From: Bugula neritina
Taxonomy: Eukaryota; Animalia; Bryozoa
NCBI GenBank assembly: GCA_964035545.1
Contig: OZ037765.1
Span: forward strand, 558,001 to 622,000
Reading direction: 5' to 3'
Length of the DNA stretch: 64,000 nucleotides
The notes below the pieces were generated by a model, which was not told the DNA's origin, did no database searches, and saw only the letters and a list, made by a program, of their open reading frames with translations. Positions 21,831-35,329 of the stretch are shown here, piece after piece (the stretch's first letter is position 1; each line of letters opens with the position of its first letter). The translations under genes and the position numbers were made by a program.

Positions 21831-22399
21831 AAAATGACATTCAGCTTCAAGTGTACTCACCGTCACTGGAACACATCTAACAAATTGCTTAAAATTTGAG
21901 ACAGCACCAAGGTGACGGTCACTGAGTCTATTGAGAGAATCAAGTACGGGGTTCGAACGACGTGTACCAATATACTGCACTCTCACTCTTAACTTGGTGC
22001 TGCTTCTAGCGAAACTTGGAATTTTATTTTCTCTGAAACAGCGGAAACTGTAACAGGAATACAAACTTGATTATGCGCAATTTGATTATCAATTCCAAGA
22101 CGATGCTACTCAAAGAATGAAACTTCTGTCATCATCATTATCATACTCAAGAGCAACTTTTCCCGTTATTAAGATATTTTGTTCATTATTTTGCATTAAA
22201 AGTTATTATTTTTATTAAATGGTTTTTAATGAAATGTGATTGTTATATCTAACATCGAATGCTGGATATTTAAGTACTCGGCTCAAGTCAAGTTGAAGTT
22301 TTAGCTTTTCTGTACCATCCGATCCAAACTACCCCAAGCAGAATCTCAAGGAGTAGTTTCGCTTTCTGTTTAGTAATCATGTTTTTCTCTCTTAATAAA

Positions 22400-23380
22400 A
22401 TGAAAAGCATAACGATTATTAATAATGAATTGTCATTATGATCATCACACTTTGTCTTAAAATTGATAATCATAATCAGCATTATAACGATAATTTATTA
22501 ATTATAATATTAATAGTAATACTAATAACTATAAGTAAGAAATAATAATATTATTTATATTAATTATTATTATATTAGTTATTACTATTAGTATTAGGTA
22601 CGACTAATTGAATTTAATGTTTTTGTAGTATTACTATTAATATTACTATTGCCATTGTAATTGGGCTAACACTAACAGTAACTGTAAGTGTAACACTTAA
22701 TGTTAAAGTGTTACTATAGTATTAGTATTACATTTGTTCATACTCATACTGTATCAATATTAACTTTAAAGTTTAATTTTAATAGATAATTTAAATTATG
22801 GTGAGATTATAAAAACAATATCAAGTTTAATATAAATTAATATTATATTTATTGATATTGTATTATTCTTAATGTATAACTATGTGTAAAAATAATTATG
22901 ATGTTGTATTATTAATATTTGTATTAATATTATATTTATATTTCTGTTTTACTTTTATTAAAACTCTAAACTTATGCTTATAGTTAGTGTTACTGTTAAT
23001 AAATTTTGAGCTTTTGCATTATGATAATGGTTATCATTATCAATGTCATTATGATTTTCACATTAAACTTGAAATTAAAATTTAAATAGCTATAAAAGCT
23101 AGCAGTGATTTTCATTATAATTATGAACATATGTTGGCGAAAGTGAGAGCAACTCAAGTTAAACTCATTCGATATGACTATGGCGTATCACTATCAGCCA
23201 AGCTCAATGTTTTATCGTAATCAGGTCAACTGATATCAAACCACAACTATATCAAATAATTTGAAGTCCAATCAATTAAGTTAGTATAAGAGTATAAAAG
23301 TGTTTGCGATGGTAATCTAACACATGTGATATTCAAGGCTATTCAACTTTAAGTATGACTTTGCTTAAGAATTAGGCTAA
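22400..23380. repeat. Degenerate (WNTNAN)n tract upstream of the PRDM ATG
   Basis: 22671-22706 actaac agtaac tgtaag tgtaac acttaa tgttaa; boundaries approximate. Confidence 0.7.
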
Positions 23381-23736
23381 AATTCGACAAACTTTAATTT
23401 TTTTAGATTGTTTTGTTATTGAAAATATTGTAGACTCAGAATATCTTTCATATCTAACACATGTGAAAGTAACAGCTTGTATGATATACTTCTTTATGCT
23501 GAAGTCATGATGTCTTTTTTGTGTTGCATTTGCCACGGAATTATTGTAATTACAAGAATGTAATTAAGTAGTTCAATGTAGACACATATAATCCATATTG
23601 TAAGTATTTTTCTCATTCTCAAGTTGAATTTTAAACTAGGTCAGCTTCAAAGAAATGTCTCACCCAAACTGAGTTGCATAGATTGAGATGGAGGCTTGTG
23701 TTCGTTTCTTTGTAGCTAAGCAATAATATGTGAAGT

Positions 23737-26700
23737 ATGGACCAGCAAATGGATTCAGCCATGAGTGAAGGTCAGTATTTTGCTTGTTTTCTTTTCAGCA
23801 ATTACACATGTTCTCATTCGCATGTTGATGCTTTGAATACGATGTGGCTGGCCAGTCATATGATGGGAATCTGATTAGTCAATATCATTTATATGATCAT
23901 GTGATTGGTTAATATATTCCATGTTGTGATCTGATTGGTTAATATCATCAAGTGCATCTAAATGAACAGGCTGACAGCAGTGATCTTGTGGTGAATCATA
24001 ATTTAACAACATATTTTAATTTGTGTGGAGATGTTTTTCTCTTGAGTAGTTTAAAAATTGCGGCTTTAGTTTCCAAAAATAGGGTGGCTAAACCATCTCA
24101 GTTTAGTATATCAGTATTTAGACTGACTTTTTACCGTTTTTTATTATTTTTCAATTATTTTTTATGCTTCAGATTTTCACCTGTTTTGCTATTGTGACAT
24201 TGCATAAGCCTATTGTACTTGCTATACTTTGCAGGTTTTCAGGTCGAGTGTGATGTTTGTGGCTGTTCAGACCACATCACAGCTGAGTGTCCTGAGATAC
24301 AGGAAGTAGATGAACTACCGGAAGCTTCTAAATTATCTCTGTGAGTATCACTACAGCGTCTTCCATCATATGTCTACTCCACTTCTGTATTCATGGACAG
24401 ATTGATGACTTTGTTTAGCTTTTAGAAATTGAACAAGAAATTTATTCAAGTCAATTACTTTGTATAATAAAAATTAAAAGGTTTGCCTTAAAACATGTAT
24501 GAACAATCTGCTATCAAGATGGTTTGTGTTTATTTATACTACTTTTGTGACTTACTATTTTCTTCATTGAAGTGCCCGTCAGACCTTGCCAGCTCTGTTC
24601 AGTATAGAGGAAAACAACGGAACCCTGGATGTAGTGTGTAAGGAAGCAGTGGCTCCTCGCACCAGATTTGGACCACTCGTAGCGAAACGGAGATCCCAAC
24701 CTGTAGACAATGATGGTGGCCTGCAGCTGGAGGTGAGTGGAACTTTATATATGACTCACACTAGAGATAGATGTATGAGTCACACTATAGCTAGATGTAT
24801 GAGTCACACTATAGCTAGATGTATGAGTCACACTAGAGATAGATGTATGAGTCAGACTAGAGATAGATGTATGAGTCACACTATAGCTAGATGTATGAGT
24901 CACACTATAGCTAGATGTATGAGTCACACTAGAGATAGATGTATGAGTCAGACTAGAGATAGATGTATGAGTTACACTAGAGATAAATGTATGAGTCACA
25001 CTAGAGATAAATGTATGAGTCAGACTATAGCTAGATGTATGAGTCAGACTAGAGATAGATGTATGAGTCACACTAGAGATAAATGTATGAGTCAGACTAG
25101 AGATAGACGTATGAGTCAGACTGGAGATAGATGTATGAGTCACACTAGAGATAGATGTATGATTCAGACTGGAGATAGATGTATCCAATTGTTTATATTC
25201 CTTCTCGCCCACCACCAGACCTCTAAAGTGTAACACTAGCATGTTTAATAATAACTGAGCGAGCTATTCTATTGGCATTAGGTAGTGGGCATAGATGGGA
25301 GGAGGGAGTATTCGGATACAACCAATGAAAATGCCTGTAACTGGTTGTGCCTTGTGAGAGCTGCGACCTCATTGGATGAGATGAACTGCATGGCCTATCA
25401 GCTGGATGCGGACATCTACTACAGCACTACAAGGAGATTGGAGCAAGGGGAGCCCCTCAGAGTCTGGTATGCTCGCGGGTACGCTAGGAAGTTGAAGCAA
25501 CCGGAATTACCTCCTCACAACAAAGAGTGTGAACAGCTGATGGAGGAGAAAGTGGACGTGAGGGTTAATCTACAGTCTTCTCGTAAGTGAAACATGCAGT
25601 ATCCGTGTCATGCCTCCATAGCCTATGTCAGCTGACTCTTTACACCAACTTTTCTACTTTCACTATGTAGAGGCCGAGGAGAGTCTAAAGATACTGGAGT
25701 TACTCGCTCCTGACACAGTCTGTGGGGATGTATCGGCCGCCAGCCAACTGGATCTGGATATGATGAACGTACACGGTGGTACTCAGGCTACTGTTGATTC
25801 TGTCGGCACTCAGTCTATGTCACAAGGTCACAGTTAGCTCTCACAACTCTCTCATATGTTCTGTTTAACTGTTGCTGATGAAAAACAAGATTCGAGAAAT
25901 TTAGTGTAATGTATTGTAATAATATAATTGTAGTATCTGCTGAATGTCTTGTAGATGGAGATAAGAGTTCAGAAAGTCCTGGAACTGACACTAAAATGTA
26001 AGTGTGTTCAGAGAAAATTATTTGTGTGTCTTGAGAGAGTGAGGTGAGATCAGGTAGGGGTAGGGTGGGATTAGATAGAGAGAGGGTGAGAGTAGGTAGG
26101 GTACGTTCACTGTGTCTGTCTTCTGCTACAATCCTCCACCTAACATACTAAAGGACTAGATGAAGCAGTGTTTATCTGCAGCTACACGTACAGTGTTTAT
26201 CTGCAGCTACACATACAGTGTTTATCTGAAGCTGCACGTACAGTGTTTATCTGCAGCTACATGTACAGTGTTTATCTGCAGCTACATGTACAGTGTTTAT
26301 CTGCAGCTACATGTACAGTGTTTATCTGCAGCTACACCTGCAAGCAATGCTCATACAAAACCAAGGCGTCCTCTGACCTCGCGATGCATATCACATCCGT
26401 CCACTTGACCAATGAGATCTCGGACGTCGAGTTACCTTCCCTCATGAAGAAGAGAGTGTGGAGATGTTTGTCATGTGGCATTGTGTTTAGGTAAGTGGGA
26501 GTTATCCTCTACCCTCAGGGTTCTAGTATGTTCCTTTACTACTAGAGTTCTAGTATACTCCTTTACTACTAGAGTTCTAGTATATTCCTTTACTACTAGA
26601 GTTCTAGTATGTTCCTTTACTACTAGAGTTCTAGTATATTCCTTTACTACTAGAGTTCTAGTATATTCCTTTACTACTAGAGTTCTAGTATATTCCTTTA

Positions 26701-29700
26701 CTACTAGAGTTCTAGTATACCCCTTTACTACTAGAGTTATAGTATATTCCTTTACTACTAGAGTTCTAGTATATTCCTTTACTACTAGAGTTCTAGTATA
26801 CTCCTTTACTACTAGAGTTCTAGTATATTCCTTTACTACTAGAGTTCTAGTATACTCCTTTACTAATAGAGTTATAGTAGTAAAGGATATTCAACCGATG
26901 ACTCATATTCATGTTCCTCTAGCAACCCCCGGTCTCTCGGAGTACACAAGAAGCTGCACCACCCTCAACCCGCCGAGAGTGAGACTGTTGGTTCCCGGCC
27001 CGCATCTGAACAGAGAGACGAAGAGTCCCGGTCTACGGATGACGAGGTGGCAGCAACAGAAGAGGATTCTGGGGTGGCAGTCATCAACGTCATCATTGAG
27101 AGACAGGAAGAGCCAAGGGAAGACAACTACCGTGAGTAGCAGAGTATTCGGAATAAATAGACTATCAGACGATGATTCTTTTTCATCAGTCCAATAAACT
27201 TATGAATTGAAATTGTTAGCTTATGATGTTTAATTTCTCTTCCTGCAGCTCCTCAATATGGCCGTGGACAAAGACGGAGGAATAAACCGAAGCACCTTGA
27301 CTCAAGTGTCGTGGAGACGGACGAGGTGTTTGAGTGTGGAGTCTGTGCAGACGTCTTCCCATCAGCCCCCACTCTGGAGGAACACGTCATGAGACTTCAC
27401 TCTCTGCCCTGCAGTAAATGTGCGCGTCTTCCCTTTTGATAGTAGCTTCTTTTAATCTACTTATTCTATAGAGAAGTTGTTAGTTGGAATCATTGAAATC
27501 ATGCGCCGGCCATATAAACATAAGGTGGCTGCTTTCTGGAGGGTGGTTGCCTATTTTCTACATCCTGTGATATGATATAATAAATAAGATTACTGGTGGT
27601 GAGTAAGGAGCACTACTATTATCCTTTGAAACTGTGTAAAACCCTGAGTTTGCTGTTTTGGTAAGAAATCTCCGACACCAAACTGAGCTAAGATACCCTC
27701 TCTGATATCACCAACGATCTCTGTCAACATACTACATGCTACATGCTACATGGGAGCTGTTATCACTGATTCATTAACTTCTCTACTAAACTCTCTTCTA
27801 CACACTATATCAACACATGCCTGCTGCTTCAGTTAGAGCTGTTGTCTCTCATTTCACAGGTAGACTGGTATTCACTCTGGCTAAAGAAGGTTTGCATAGA
27901 CATCAATGTCAGGACGAACTGGCTGAAGAGATCAAAGCCAGTGTTGGTGTGGATGAGATGGGTGACGTCGCGGTGTTCACCTGTCGTCACTGTTCCCAGG
28001 TGTTCACCGACTCCGAGTTGTTCCGTAGTCACCTCGTGTGGCACTTCACCACTCTCCTCTGTGACATCTGTAATACGTACGTCCAGCGCTTCCACTTTCT
28101 CCTTTTCTCTTTCTGTTTTACATATTCTAATGTTCAGTGACTGGCCAATCAGTTTGCAGATTCATAGTTTCAATATACCACATTGTTTTTGTACTGTACA
28201 ACTGCAACTGCAATCTAATATTTCCGAAATATTGAAGTTGTTGATCAATTTGGGGTTATCCTCTCATAGCCAGGTCAAATATCCACCATAAAATTATTGC
28301 CAGAAAAAGAGAATTCATTTTTTAATGTACTTCAAGTATAAAGAATATATTTTCTCAGTTGGTTGGCTATAAAATCTTTGATGGTTTCTTTGAAATCTAT
28401 ACTTATTGAGGGACGCACCACCCCCCTCCTAATAGCAGGCAGTTAGTAAGAACTCACATTGTATCTTGTAGCTATAGAAACACTCTCAGGAAGTTAGAGA
28501 ACCACGCAGTCACTTGTACTGGGCTCCTGGACAGAGAAGACGGGTTCTCTGTACGCGCCCCGCACATTTGTAGCATCTGTGACTTAGCCTGTGCTACTGA
28601 ACAGGCACTGCAGAAACACCGGGCTATTCACAAAGACTACACCTGTAACAGGTGAGCTCAGTCTATGGACTCCCCCCTTCTTATTGTGTTGGGGATTTCT
28701 TCTTTCTAAGTTGAAACTTTCAGTTTTACAGAATTACTTTTTTTTCAACTTGAAATCGTTTGTTTTTCATGTTTAATTTATTCATTTAATTATATTTATT
28801 TCATTTAATTTAAGTTGGTTTATTATCGAATATAAACTAGAAGTTACACACAATGTAAGTGTGATACACACAAGGTAGTAATGTAAGTGTGATACACACA
28901 AGGTGGTAATGTAGGTGTGATACACACAAGGTAGTAATGTAGGTGTGATACATACAAGGTGGTAATGTAGGTGTGGTACATACAAGGTAGTAATGTAGGT
29001 GTGATACATACAAGGTGGTAATGTAGGTGTGATACACACAAGGTGGTAATGTAGGTGTGATACACACAAGGTGGTAATGTAGGTGTGATACATACAAGGT
29101 GGTAATGTAGGTGTGATACACACAAGGTGGTAATGTAGGTGTGATACATACAAGGTGGTAATGTAGGTGTGATACACACAAGGTAGTAATGTAGGTGTGA
29201 TACACACAAGGTAGTAATGTAGGTGTGATACACACAAGGTAGTAATGTAGGTGTGGTGAACACTACTACACGAAGTACGGCCTGCAGCAGCACCTGCTGT
29301 CATGTGACCAGAGTCAGCTGGCGAGAGTGAGCCCCGTTATGGCGTGTGTAGAGTGTAACCTAGTCTTCTGCTCAGAGCACAATCTCCAGTATCACAAGAG
29401 GCAGCACGCTGACCCCGCTGTCGTCTGCAAGGACTGTCAGCAGACCTTCAGCACCGTGGTGAGTAAGCATTTCCTGTGAGTGAGTAAGCACTTCCTGTGA
29501 GTGAGTAAGCATTTCCTGGTAAAATGATTACTTGTTGCTTTTAAATATTACTGAAATGTGTGACTGGCCAATGAGCACGCAGCTGTCCTGCTATGTGGTT
29601 GCCACGGTGATGAGCTACCATCTCTCTGTAGCCTGACTTTGAAGCTCACAGCTGTAAGACGGTGGGTGGAGGGTTTCAGTGTGAGATTTGTGAAGAGAAG

Positions 29701-32700
29701 TTCAAGTCAAGCAAAGCCTTAGCCAGTCACTATCTCAAACACTCCTTCAAGTTTGACTGCGTGCTCTGTACCCAAACCTTTGAAAGTGAGTACCACAGGC
29801 TATGCTCTTCACTACTCGTATATTATCTGTTTGTGATATAAATTCCTGAATGTTGTGGGAAATTCCAGCATATGTAGAGTATTGCATCATCAAATCTACC
29901 AACTAATTAACTGTACAAGGAATTCCGATACAATATAATTCACATAATGCTGTATTTATTTTTGTAATAATAATATAATATAATTTATTGCTAAACTTGA
30001 ACAGTTTATTGTGAGTTGGTTATTCTTTTCCTTCTCTATAAGAAGTTCATTGGCTGTGTTGTTATACAAACAGAAAAAGATGACCTCATCAACCACAGTT
30101 TAGAGTGTAGCGCCAGAGAGATGCTCAGCAAGAAGGGGCGGGTTGACTGTGCCCACTGTCAGAGGTCATTCACTGTAAGTGCTTAGTCTCTGCTCCTATC
30201 ACCTGGTGTGTCATTAGAAAGCTGCACTTCCTTAGCATAGAGCAGCGTGTATCAGAGTTCACCACACAGAAGGGAGTTCTTGTATTATGAATGTTGTGTC
30301 TAATAATCTTCTATTGTTCCTATGGAGTGCATTTAGGAGCAGATGCGGAGGAATTGAGATTGCCCAAATTCTTAAATTTTATTATTAAATTTTGGTTTGG
30401 GGCAAAGGTTGAAATTCTTTAGCGAACATAACTTTTTATGCTACATTTCTAATCTGGAACACAGGCTTTTCTCAATTTCCCTATCACTGCACCTACCTCA
30501 CGTAATGGAGTCTATGATGTTCACAGTTTATAAGTCAACATTATATATTTATTGAGCAGCTGAAGAGTTGCTAGGTAGTTGTATTTCCTGTTGTTGCTAT
30601 GGCAACTGTTGCTATGTACTCCCTTATACGTCTGCTGCAGGAGTTCCCTGCGTACCAGGCTCACCTCTCTGAACACTCTCACAACCACCACTGCACTCAC
30701 TGTAATAGAAGGTTCCGGAACAAACACCAACTCTCTCAACATCTCAGTACATGCGTCCTTAGAACTGATAACCTGTCTGTTAGGAGATACACTAAATCCT
30801 CGACTACAGACAAATTCACCACTCTGTCAGAGGTACTAGTAATAGTAGTAGTGGTAGTAGTAGTACTAGTAGGAATAGTAACAGTATCAATAGTAGTAGT
30901 ATTAGTAGAAGTAGTACTAGTAGTAGTAGTAATACTACTAGTAGCAGTAGTAGTACTAGCAGTAGTGGCGGTAGTAGTAGCAGTAGCAGTACTAGTAGTA
31001 GTAGCAGTACTAGCAGTAGTAATAGTAGTAGAATATTCTCTCTCCAGGTTCACCACATCTGCCCAATATGCAACAAGAAGTTTGTGCGGAAAGACTACTT
31101 TCTCAACCATCAGTGTAGGAACGAGCAGGGGCAGCTGATACCCCGCCCGGAGAACTTGCAGTTACTGGTGGAGTCTAGTGACACTCCTCAGGTGGTCTGT
31201 CATCACTGTGGCAAAGTGTTCACGTCACAGAGCAACCTCACCAAACATCTCAAAGTATGTGTGACGTGTTACGGTTGTGCTTCCTGCTTTATACTTCCTG
31301 TTTACTATCTCGATGAGTCAGATACATTCAGTTTTCAGCTTCTTGTGATGAAACTGACGTAATTCTGCTGCTGTGGTTTTCTTTTGGACAACACAATACA
31401 ACAAATCATTTTTATCTTCTCTGGTTGTGAAGTATATTCTGTAAATCAGAATATTATGAAACATTTGCCTCAGCTGTAAGCTCTCAGTATTGCGTCATTC
31501 TCTCATTAGCTGCTAGCATTTTAAGCCTGTGTTCTACAGCTACACGGCAGTAAAGAGAACAAGTGTGATGTGTGCGGCAAGTCCTTCTACCACTCACACG
31601 CTCTCAGGCTCCACTACGACTCCACTCACACCGATAAACTGAAAGTCTCCTGCGTGGAGTGTAAGAGAACTTTCCGGAATAAGTACAGTTTGACTCAGCA
31701 CATGAAGCAGTTTCACTCTGACCAGAGGACTGTCTACGCCTGCGAGATCTGCGGTGTGTTGAAGTTGTCTTCCCTCGCTTTCAACTAGTTTTATATTTAT
31801 TGAATTAAAAAGGTCAAGTAGGGATTTTCTCTATCTTGATTCATGATTTTTCTCAGACAGACTAATTTTTTCTAAATAATATAGTTTGAGAAAAGACAAC
31901 GTGACATTAAGCGGTAATCCGTAACTATTATGAGGATTTTGTGAAGCTGGCTCCCTCAGCCCATGGGAGGTACAGCAATTAATTCTGAAACAGAGACTGG
32001 CTATTTGCAGGTAAAATATTCAAGCAGAAGGGAAACATGACCAAGCACATGCTGGCCCATGACACGGCCCACCACTACACCTGTGAATACTGTAACAAGA
32101 CTTTCAAGTACCCGGATGTGCTGAAGAAACATTCCTTGCTTCACACTCAAGGTAGAGTTTGTGACCTCTGTGTGACCTTGAATGTTCCTGATTTGATGCC
32201 CCCTCCCCCCCCGGACACTGATTGAACACTAATTGATAAGCTGATATAATTAAGTTAGTAACTTGGTATACTTGAGTTAGTAACTTCGTATACTTGAGTT
32301 AGTAACTTCGTATACTTGAGTTAGTAACTTGGTATACTTGAGTTAGTAACTTGGTATACTTGAGTTAGTAACTTGGTATACTTGAGTTAGTAACTTCGTA
32401 TACTTGAGTTAGTGACTTGGTATACTTGAGTTAGTGACTTGGTATACTTGAGTTAGTAACTTGGTATACTTGAGTTAGTAACTTCGTATACTTGAGTTAG
32501 TGACTTGGTATACTTGAGTTAGTGACTTGGTATACTTGAGTTAGTAACTTCGTATACTTGAGTTAGTAACTTCGTATACTTGAGTTAGTGACTTGGTATA
32601 CTTGAGTTAGTAACTTCGTATACTTGAGTTAGTAACTTGGTATACTTGAGTTAGTAACTTGGTATACTTGAGTTAGTAACTTGGTATACTTGAGTTAGTA

Positions 32701-35329
32701 ACTTGGTATACTTGAGTTAGTAACTTGGTATACTTGAGTTAGTAACTTGGTATACTTGAGTTAGTAACTTGGTATACTTGAGTTAGTAACTTGGTATACT
32801 TGAGTTAGTAACTTGGTATACTTGAGTTAGTAACTTGGTATACTTGAGTTAGTAACTTGGTATAGCTATAGTTGATCTGTTGATCTGCACATCCATAAAA
32901 CAGCAAATATCTGACTATCAAGTATCAGCTGTTACTACGACTTGCCTTATATAGTTTGTTTACTGGTTGGCATGGAGACCGGATACAGTGTATAACTGGA
33001 GTTGCTGTTATACACTCACATATTTGTCTCCTATATCAATTCACTCTATGATTACCCCAGAGCTTGAAGTTATATCAGCTCTGTGGACAGATACGGAGTG
33101 AACAGTGACTGAGTGAATACTAACTGAGTGAATACTAACTGAGTGAATACTGACTGAGTAAATACTAACTGAGTGAATACTAACTGAGTGAACAGTGACT
33201 GAGGGAATACTAACTGAGTGAACACTGACTGAGTGAGTACTAACTGCGTGAATACTGACTGAGTGAATACTAACTGAGTGAATACTAACTGAGTGAATAC
33301 TGACTGAGTGAATACTAACTGAGTGAATACTAAGTCAGAAGAAACTCTGATTTGGCATTCTTCTTCAGGAAAGGCTTTCCGGTGTCAGCAATGTGATCGA
33401 AGTTTCCTAGTTAAGTACGAGCTAACCAAGCACGTCAAGGAGATGCACAGTAACAAGGTGTACGTCTGCGCCGTGTGCAATGAGAGTTGCAGATGGAAAC
33501 ACACCATGAGGAGGCACATCAAGGTGCGTGTCTATAGTCAGCCTGAATGTATTTATCATTTCATGTCGTACTGTGACTCATTACTAAGCGTATTAGGTCA
33601 TGTGACTGTGATGATTGCAGAGGAAGCACCCACACTATACCAAGATGGCAGAAAGCTCACAATACATCAACTCTCTGCTTAGAGACATCTCAGAAATAGA
33701 GCAAAATGCTTTCAACAAAATCCAATCGGAATTGAGCCAGCAGGTGGTGTCAGTACATCCGGACATGACCCAGCAGGTAGTGTCAGTACAGCCGGACATG
33801 ACCCAGCAGGTGGTGTCAGTGCAACAAGACATGACTCAACAGGTGGTCTCTCAACCTATAGTCATTTCTGTTGACTCTCTAACCCAGGAGCAGTTGTCTG
33901 CATTGGCCAGTGAACATATAGGTATGTCTGCTACACATAGGTACTGTACGTCTGCTGCACATAGGTACTGTACGTCTGCTACACATAGGTACTGTACGTC
34001 TGCTACACATAGGTACTGTACGTCTGCTACACATAGGTACTGTACGTCTGCTACACATAGGTACTGTACGTCTGCTACACATAGGTACTGTACGTCTGCT
34101 ACACATAGTTTATTGTACTCTGTATTGAAATACTGATGGTTTGTTGTGCAGTGACGGCAGACGAGAATGGCACCATTCATCTGTATAATCAGAGTCAAAG
34201 TGCAGACGGACACACAGTGGACGACCTGCAGAAGTTGTCGGCTATCTTGCAATCTGCTCAGCCACAGCAGCTGGTGGTTAATAATCAGAATCTCACCATC
34301 AGCTTAGCCGGCGGTCAGACTATATTCACTCCGGTCAGCTTGGAGGACACGAGGGAGTCAAATCAGAGTGAGTTATCTTCCCTCTTAACGTCTTAGTTTC
34401 TCTTTCATGTTGTTATACTGAGTATTATGCAGCTATGAAACTGACTATAATGAATGCTGCTTTTGTTTTACACTATTACATTGGCCACTTTAAACTCAAT
34501 GAAGTTCTTTTGTAGTTACGACTAGCTTACTGCGTCCCAACCCGATTGAGGCCTCTCAGTCTACGAGACAGGTTGTAGTCGACCAATCAAATCAGAGTAC
34601 CTCTCACCTTCCAGGTAATGTGACTCCTTATCTGTTAAAGGTCTTCTGCTTCCTCCCACTTCAAAGGACGCTATTCTAGCCAGTATTCCGTCATGCACGC
34701 TGTGAGAATATTATGTTTCACTGTGAGGGCAACGGACATTAATATTAAATAATGCGTTTAAGACACTGAATCTCCCATACCAAAGAGTTCAGTTATCTGA
34801 TGACAAATTTTAGTAGAAAGGTTTCCCTCTTATAAACCTTCCAGTGCAGCAGAATACCCCCTGTTTTGTCAAATATACTCACAGCTATGACTAAGCATCA
34901 GTGAGACTGCCAATCATAAACTGCGTAATGTTATCTTTATACCAGAGAATATCTAATTGGTCAGTAATAATAAGTGCAGCCTATTGTTATTTGTTGTGTA
35001 GAAACTACAGTGTTGATAGCCCCTGATGGTTCACTAACATATACCAACTCTGCAGACCAACACGTAGCCTTTACAGACCTCTCTCATATAACTGATGCCT
35101 CTCAGGTATGTCTCCTCTCTTTCATAAACCCTGGTAATAGATACTACTATATTGTTAACTAGTTACACCAGTATTAGTTATACAATAACTATAGTGTCAG
35201 TTATACAGTAACTATAGTGTTAGTTGTACAGTAACTGTAGTGTTGATGTTGGAATATTTACAGGATGATGGCAATAAGATGATGTTCTTCAATCTCCTAT
35301 CCGCCAGTTCTGAGTCTACAGTGCAATGA
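23737..35329 (+). CDS. PR/SET-domain C2H2 zinc-finger protein, PRDM10/PRDM15-like, more than 20 exons
   Basis: First exons 23737-23770, 24235-24340, 24573-24732, 25282-25582; PR domain ARQTLP...PRTRFGPL...DTTNENACNWLCLVRAA...NCMAYQ...IYY...LRVWYA; many CxxC..H..H fingers 26332-33523; Q-rich tail; last exon DDGNKMMFFNLLSASSESTVQ*. Start codon is the least certain part. Confidence 0.85.
24750..25185. repeat. 24-bp minisatellite ATGTATGAGTCACACTAGAGATAG, about 18 copies, intronic
   Basis: Directly visible; starts just after the donor at 24733. Confidence 0.95.
26166..26337. repeat. 25-bp minisatellite CAGTGTTTATCTGCAGCTACATGTA, 7 copies, containing the splice acceptor
   Basis: Last copy supplies CTGCAG|CTACACCTGC (exon starts 26332). 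Confidence 0.92.
26518..26880. repeat. 27-bp minisatellite GTTCTAGTATATTCCTTTACTACTAGA, about 13 copies, intronic
   Basis: Directly visible. Confidence 0.95.
28845..29256. repeat. 28-bp minisatellite GTAATGTAGGTGTGATACACACAAGGTR, about 14 copies, containing the splice acceptor
   Basis: Last copy gives TGTAG|GTGTGGTGAACAC (exon starts 29251). Confidence 0.93.
30833..31032. repeat. (TAG)n-type microsatellite filling a PRDM intron
   Basis: Directly visible. Confidence 0.9.
32254..32864. repeat. 22-bp minisatellite GAGTTAGTAACTTSGTATACTT, about 28 copies, intronic
   Basis: Directly visible. Confidence 0.95.
33095..33334. repeat. 15-bp minisatellite ACTGAGTGAATACTA, about 16 copies, carrying TACTAAC/TACTGAC
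   Basis: Directly visible; ends about 35 nt before the acceptor at 33368. Confidence 0.92.
33917..34108. repeat. 24-bp minisatellite ATAGGTACTGTACGTCTGCTACAC, about 7 copies, beginning at a splice donor
   Basis: First unit is ATAG|GTATGTCTGCTACAC. Confidence 0.92.

Noticed and set aside
24586-29303. Repetitive ORFs (RCMSHT, FTTRVLVYS, CITPTLPPC and similar)
   Set aside because: Read-through from real exons into intronic minisatellites, or antisense translations of them
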